Shown here one piece after another: positions 57,304-64,000 of a stretch of 64,000 nt of DNA. Made by a program: the position numbers and the translations under genes. Within the stretch, counting starts at the first letter, position 1. The number at the start of each line of letters is the position of its first letter. This stretch comes from Trichoplax adhaerens (lineage: Eukaryota > Animalia > Placozoa): assembly GCF_000150275.1 (NCBI RefSeq), contig NW_002060944.1, forward strand, positions 2,580,152-2,644,151, given 5' to 3'. A model generated the notes under the pieces. The model made no database searches. It had not been told where the DNA came from and saw only the letters and a list, made by a program, of their open reading frames with translations.

Positions 57304-60300
57304 TTATATTTTTGCCAAGCATTGTTCAACCACAGCTCGTTTATTCGGCGGCATAGCAGATAATAGTTCTTGTTTTTCTTGATCAGAAACAGACTTTGGA
57401 TTGTCTTGCAAACGACGCATAATATCATTTAAATTAACCTTAATCTTGGTAGTGGGCGCTGTAACAGCATCACTTCCCGAAGAAGACGGTGTATTAGATC
57501 TCGAAGACTGAATGGGTTGTCCTACTCTTTGCGTTTCAGCAGTCTTACCAACAACTTGAGAGTCGGCGACGTTTGAAGGGGACATTTGTTCGCTGGTAGA
57601 TTGAGAGGCTTGAGGAGATTTCGTAGTAGGCTGTTGAGCTTGTACTTTCTTTTCGCTATTAGCTGGTGGCGAAGCTGTAGATACTTTCGTGGCTCTTTGC
57701 TGAATCTGTTTTGGTCCTTGAACATTTGACTGGCTTGAGGTAGGAGATTCTGGCGAAGACTGAGCTGCTTTTTCCACCATTGCAACTGTTCGGATTTCCG
57801 ATTTTGACGGATTTCTAGCTGCAGGAGTGCTAAATTGATTTTTCTTCCGATTGTATACACTAGATCTTTGCACTAGACCTGACGAGCGGCTAGCAGAAGT
57901 CGCTTGACCAGCTACTATAAAGCATAGAATCTTTAGTTTCGAATTAAAATATTCGAATATTTGATACTTTGATTCTCCGATCACAATCAATTATAATACG
58001 GGAGACATGCACATCAGAAAAGTATGAAGTCAAATATTCATTCTCTTACCCCCTGCAGATATGTAAGGTAGTAGACGCTTCATTGTATCTTTCGCCTATA
58101 ACCAAATAAAAATTAAAACAACCATTTAATTTTCGCGAGGTACTCATTTTACGTTCATTAATACCGGAAATACGGAAATTATACTAGTCATATCCACTAA
58201 TTAACTATTAAAATCTAGTGGGATTTGTTGTTTGTTAAAATATAGTGCATGTTTATAGAGATTAAGTACATTTTACGTACCATATTATTATTGTGAACGT
58301 TATGTGATGATCATGATGTGTAAACAGCTCGAACTGTTGCTAATGATTATGATCATCGTCATACAGTAATTGCTATTAGCTTAGGCGTGAACGCGATCAA
58401 GCGTTTACTGTTTCGTTTAAGATGAAGTTACATAATGACTTGTAGTACGACAACTAGACTCAATTTATATTATAGATTGAACCTAATGTATTGTGCGTTA
58501 ATCCATGACAGACTATGGTATTTAATATTGAAATAGTTGAAGGATGCATTTATCTCATATTAATCTTTAATTTCTATCAAGTTAAGGTAGTATTCACGGT
58601 CCAGTATCCTTTTAGATTTAGCAGTTTAGATATTATTTAGGTCTATCTTAGAATTGGTTTTTAAAAGCCTTACTTGATATAATTCAACCCGTAGATCATT
58701 ACTCAGGTCCTTATAATTAGTTGATAGGCTTTTAAAATATGCTATGGCCAAGCTAAACGATGAAGCAAGATATAATATACCACGCCAGTTATAAATATAA
58801 TGAAGCATTTTACGATTATTACTCGATATTGTATCAAGCTTACCATAATAAGATAATAACAGGAATGATAACATGGGCGCTTGTTATCTGTTCAAAAATA
58901 AAGGTCAAGGCCCCGCTATCAGGACTCCTAATGTATTTATCTACGATTAGGTTCAAAGCGGTCGCATTTCCAGTTATATTGGTGTTAGTTAAGCTATTAT
59001 ATGAAATATAGACATAAAAATTACTGATTAGAAATATTTCCTAAGGATCTAAGTGCACCGAAAATATGTTTCTGAACGTAGTTCTACGACATGCTTTGTA
59101 CAGCGTTTCATTTCTTATTCAATTTATCGTAACAAATACCGATATCTCATAGAGAAAGAAAAAAGTGAATATATAAGACTTACTACACTTGAAATGGCCC
59201 ACAATCCGGTGATAAGGCAAAGCTATACCAGCAACATTGTAAAATAGAATTAAAATGATGGAATAACCCGTGAGCCTGTATTATCAATGACAATATTTCA
59301 TATCTTGTAATAAAATACGGATAACAGAATGTGTTTACATGAAGTAATAATGGTTGTACAGTATGTACAATTCTACCAAAGACAATCTATAACTTAGAAT
59401 ATTAATCGAAATAATTTACATACTTGGAAATGATAATACCATAGAAAATTGTAGTGATAAATAACATCAAGAGACTGATTAAGTAATATGTGCCCAGAGT
59501 GCTTGTAGCTGTAAATACTGTATTTGGCAATACGGTACATGTCATAACCGACCAGCCTTTTAAGTAGAATATCACCAAATTTTTAAATAGAGCTAGGATG
59601 GGTAAAAAAGGTGAAAAAAACATTCCAAGCCTGATCCGATTGCAAAAACAAAAATAACACAATAATTACAAAATAGATTTCGATAAATCATAATATTTGG
59701 TTAAGTTAGAACTTGCAAATATTCAGCTTTCTTTTAATAAGGCAATTATAAGTATTTGTTACGGCATCAAACTCCAATCGAGTATTAGTAATATAGCAAT
59801 GTGAAGTAGCATCAAATACAGTTAAATAAATACATATTTACGAAAGAAAAGCTAGGTATTTATTCGGATCTAAGTTGTTGCTCTTACCAAGTTAAGCCTT
59901 GCGAATAAACGATTTGTAAAATGCTTTGAGCCACAGTAAAAGTCGGATAAGGAGGCTAATTGATGTTAAAATTAAAGTAATTAGCACTGCTAGAAAACGA
60001 TAAAAATTCAATTTTTGGTGTAAAGTAACTGATTTTGTTTACTACTAACTTAAGCAAAGATAAACTCGCAAGAAAATCGATTGATACAATGATAGTACCG
60101 CAATTTACTTTATATATGAAATTATTCTTAATAATAATTCGAGTACCGAAGCGAATTCAAAACTCAATTAAATACAGCATATTTACAGGAAACGTAAACG
60201 AAATTAACTACGATTTAAAATACGGACCTCTTTTTTTGTTCGGCAAGCTGGTAAACATCGAACTAGTCCGGCTCTCACAAAGTCACCAATTAATACCCCA

Positions 60301-63113
60301 CTAATAACGCTAATTAGATCGATAGTTGAAACTTTAAACAACTCTTGACCAACTGTACTTTCCCAACACTTTCCAATGTTTTGGCTGCCAGATGCTAAGC
60401 GGCATACCTCTCCCGGTGCAAAGAAATTTGTAAGCTGAATGGAATTTGACTAGCGATACAAAATATAAAGTGGAACCATATTACTAATTACATACGATCT
60501 ATTTTTAATATCCACTTGTAACTGCTTTGAAAAATTTGATATATGCTACAGTTATGACTAATTTTTACACTGACCAGCGGAGTTACGGAAACAATTGATA
60601 TAACCAATACACTTAGATTAAACAAGTACATGATCATGACCCTGTAGCAATTAAACAAAAGTTTAGAATGAATTTTTTATCGTATTTGAAGAGTAAATAA
60701 CTAAGCAAGCAAATCTACTTTCGGATATTTTACAAATGAAGAAATAGTTTCAGTAAGCCAAATTAATTTCTATCTTATGCATGGTATGATTCTAGCTCAA
60801 ATTACGATACATACTTTATCCGGTATTCATAGATTAAAGATTTAGTTCGATACATATAAATGAACATGATTGGCTTTCATTCAATTACCGAAATATTTTC
60901 AGTTTCAATTTTGTTTGCTGTTTATAATCCTCAAGGGTAGAGTAAACATCGAATAGTACTGGTGAAATAGCGTTGCATAGAGCAAGTACGATGGATACCT
61001 ATAAATCACAAATTTCGACATACTTTTAACTTTATTAAGGTTAAATACTGCTATTGACTATTACTTAGATAATTACACATATAAAATAAGGGACTGATTA
61101 ACAAGCTATAGAACAATGACTGCAACCAGCTCTTCTCTCACTCAATTGAAGGTCATTATTTCAAATATAACATTCGCTATTTTGAACCGCAGTAATTATG
61201 TAACTAACCAAATATCTCACGATTATATTGGTATGATCTTTTAAGTTGCACTCGTATTGAATTAGGGTGTAAAGAATAAGTGTTCCGCATCCTAGCCATG
61301 TCATGATCACCAATAACCATGCAATAATCCTTCGGATATATTTTATGAATCTAATTTTTCATTGTTTATAAATTTCTTAGACAGGCACATTTACGCAATA
61401 GATCAGCATGAATATTCAGAAACTATCAAGATCAGAATTGCATATGACAATATAACTATAGTACAGTATGAGATTTCCAAGACAAGAGATTAGTTAGTAG
61501 TGTAACAAAAATACCGGTGTAAAATTGATAACTCGAATATGTACTACTACAGTACTTACATTCCATAGTTTTTGCTCTCTCGAACATCTCGTAAATCTCC
61601 AAGCAATTCCTGCGTAGATTTATTTTTTACATTACTTAGTGCTAGTAAAGCAAGTAGTAACTCCATATGGATTACGTATTATTACGATCGAGGCCTGTAA
61701 TTTTAAAATATCTGAATGGGATACTAACCGTAAATTCTGTCCTAAGGGACTGTTTCTTTGAAATGGCATTGCCTTCGTTATTAATTAAGAAATCCCAGTT
61801 AGTGCACAATTTCCATATAAAATTGAAATTAGTGCTGGTAACTATCGATATCTTTGTCGTCTTCTTTCGGCTTTGTGCAATTCTAGAAGTAAATTGGATT
61901 TAATAGACTTGATACAATCGAAATGAAAGATAGTAATGTTGCTACGACGGTACTTGTAGCCATGAACAACCAGTAAATGCGTAAATCGGTATATCGCTAT
62001 ATTATTTAGTAGTCTATGATGCAGTAGAATACAATGGAAACTAAGGTGGAAAATATACAACATAAAACTATCAAATACTTCTTTTTAAATACTAAATGCA
62101 TCACTAGTTAGCAAAATTTCCTATATTTTCAATAACAATATTAAGGGATCAAAATTTATAAATGGTAAACCTTATTAACAAAAACGCGTAGCTGAATATA
62201 TAAGCTCCTGTTGTAGTCAAGAAGTAAGCCAGCGGCAAATTGTATCTTTCAATATTTTTATGCGGAAAGGCAGTGTAATTGCCAAAAAAAAGTATAGAAT
62301 ATCGAATAGGGCCCTAAAAAACAATACAGCAGGTTACTTCTATATGTTTACTAAGAATTGTCTATGACGTTACAGTATTCTCGTAAGGTAGGCACTGATG
62401 TCATAAATTCCCGCTCATAATGGTCACAGCTACGCTTTATAGAACAAGAGTATGCTAATTGGAAGTATTTCTTCAAATTAAGTATCATTTATGTACCTGC
62501 TAACATATATATTACATCTTATTAACTTTAATTTAGTGATATTAAACTTAAAATGCAATTAAAATAGCATATCTTAACACTTTACTGTATTTACGGTTTC
62601 AGTGATCTACATGCAGTACTTATCTGAAGTTTATTAAATTAGGGTTGCGATTTGCCCAACTATAGAATATTAAAATTGTAAACTTACCTGAAAGTTAAGT
62701 ACAGTCGCTATTCGATCATCTGTAAGGGCAGCAGCAGGAATAGTTGTATCTGTTGTATTAAATAAATACAGCTACAAATTCAAAAATAAATTAGAACTTT
62801 GAGCACAATATTGGTGGGAAGTAATTATATGATCTAGTTAGTTTGAAGTCCTTATAAGAAACAATAAACATAACCTTATATTTATTAAATTAGCAGGCTA
62901 AATTTTTATGCAAAACTCCCTATATAGGCATTAGATCGGCTAAGAAATGACACTGCTAGCAATTTTTGAATAACACGATCATGTTCGTAATACGATTTAG
63001 TAATACCTTTGGTACAACGACAAATCCCACAAAAAAGAGAGAAAGTACAAGGTTAAGTAAAAACACTCCTCTTACGAATATAAAGTAAGAGGCTACAATA
63101 GAACCAAAGAAAC
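57304..63113 (-). CDS. TMC: Transmembrane channel-like protein (TMC1/2/3-type), 5' end not resolved in window
   Basis: GFFGSIVASYFIF, YSILFFGNY, YNLPLAY, NWDFLI, signature CWESTVGQE, IVYSQGLTWLGMFFSPFLP, SPDCGPF; last exon 57912-57304 is an S/Q/T/P-rich tail. Confidence 0.9.
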
Positions 63114-64000
63114 CTAGACATTAGCAGAAGAAATTAAATCGCCATTAGCTGATCGCTACGAAAGCTTACTAAATAATGGTATAATCCAGTTATAATGTCT
63201 TTTGACAGCTAGCCACTTTCATTAATTTTATTTTATATCAGAGAATGGATTGATGGAATAGAATAGAATATTTCTAGATTCAGTTTATATTTTCTTGTTG
63301 TAGCACCTAATGTTAATCTATTGTAATGACTAAAAGCAGATTTCAAAATTCTAATAAAATTAGCAATTATAAGTATTTTCTCTGAATATCATTTTCACTA
63401 ACTATGCAGTGTGATATGCTGTATTTTGAATTACAAACACTGCTTTGAGTAGTTCCAAAGCGAATGTTATTGTAGTTACTGTGTTGAGATCATCAATTAG
63501 CTAAAGTAATATTAACATAATGTGGTAACAATAGCCAATCTGACTGGTTATAAAAAATATTTAGCCCCTGTTAAATGAACTAGTGTTAGGTAACCGTAAA
63601 GTGAGGACATTAAGTATCTTTGTGATAGTAATTTACATGACTACTATCAGTACAAGATTAGCATCAAATCGATGTGATCTGATTAGAATTGAAATTTGCG
63701 AAATTGGGTTTTAGTTGCTAATGTTTTAACTTTAAGGATAAGATTTAATAAATGCCTTATAATTAAGCGCTGCATTACTTCTAATATGTTCTAACATTTT
63801 ATATATTTTAGAAACCACATTTAGAGTTATAAGCCACAACTACTATATCAGGTGATTCAATCAAAAATATTTTGGAGAAATGTATGCGTCGACAATAGAA
63901 TGGATTAGATATCCTGTATCTTCAACGGGTTTGATCGAATATCTACATGTATCATCAGCTTTGAGCTACACTGATATATAAAGTACTAAAATTTAATGAA

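Noticed and set aside
63860-63966. Exon-like minus-strand segment (LKADDTCRYSIKPVED...YF*)
   Set aside because: Ends in a stop, cannot be joined to TMC, and is too short at the window edge to identify.

Overview
AT-rich, intron-dense animal DNA with short GT-AG introns. The compact layout and abundant ACAGT/TACTG arrays suggest a placozoan (Trichoplax-like); this is an inference. Hand-spliced genes: AK8 (+), an AJM1/C9orf172-like gene (-), a ~90-aa protein made essentially of two GoLoco motifs (+, absent from the ORF track), a SMIM15-like small membrane ORF (-), CFAP77 (+), GPR107/108 (-), PPIL3 (-), KYAT1/3 (+), SLC35A2/A3 (-), NELFB (+) and a 5'-incomplete TMC channel (-). Most recognised genes have human orthologues on 9q34 or its MHC paralogons. 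Non-coding structure: ACAGT arrays at gene 5' ends, RFX X-box-like sites before the two ciliary genes, a transposon-relic cluster at 10.6-12.8 kb (short Helitron-like element, MITE-like palindrome), two tandem duplications and a hairpin cluster at 28.2-28.5 kb. Gene identities come from recalled protein similarity, not database searches.
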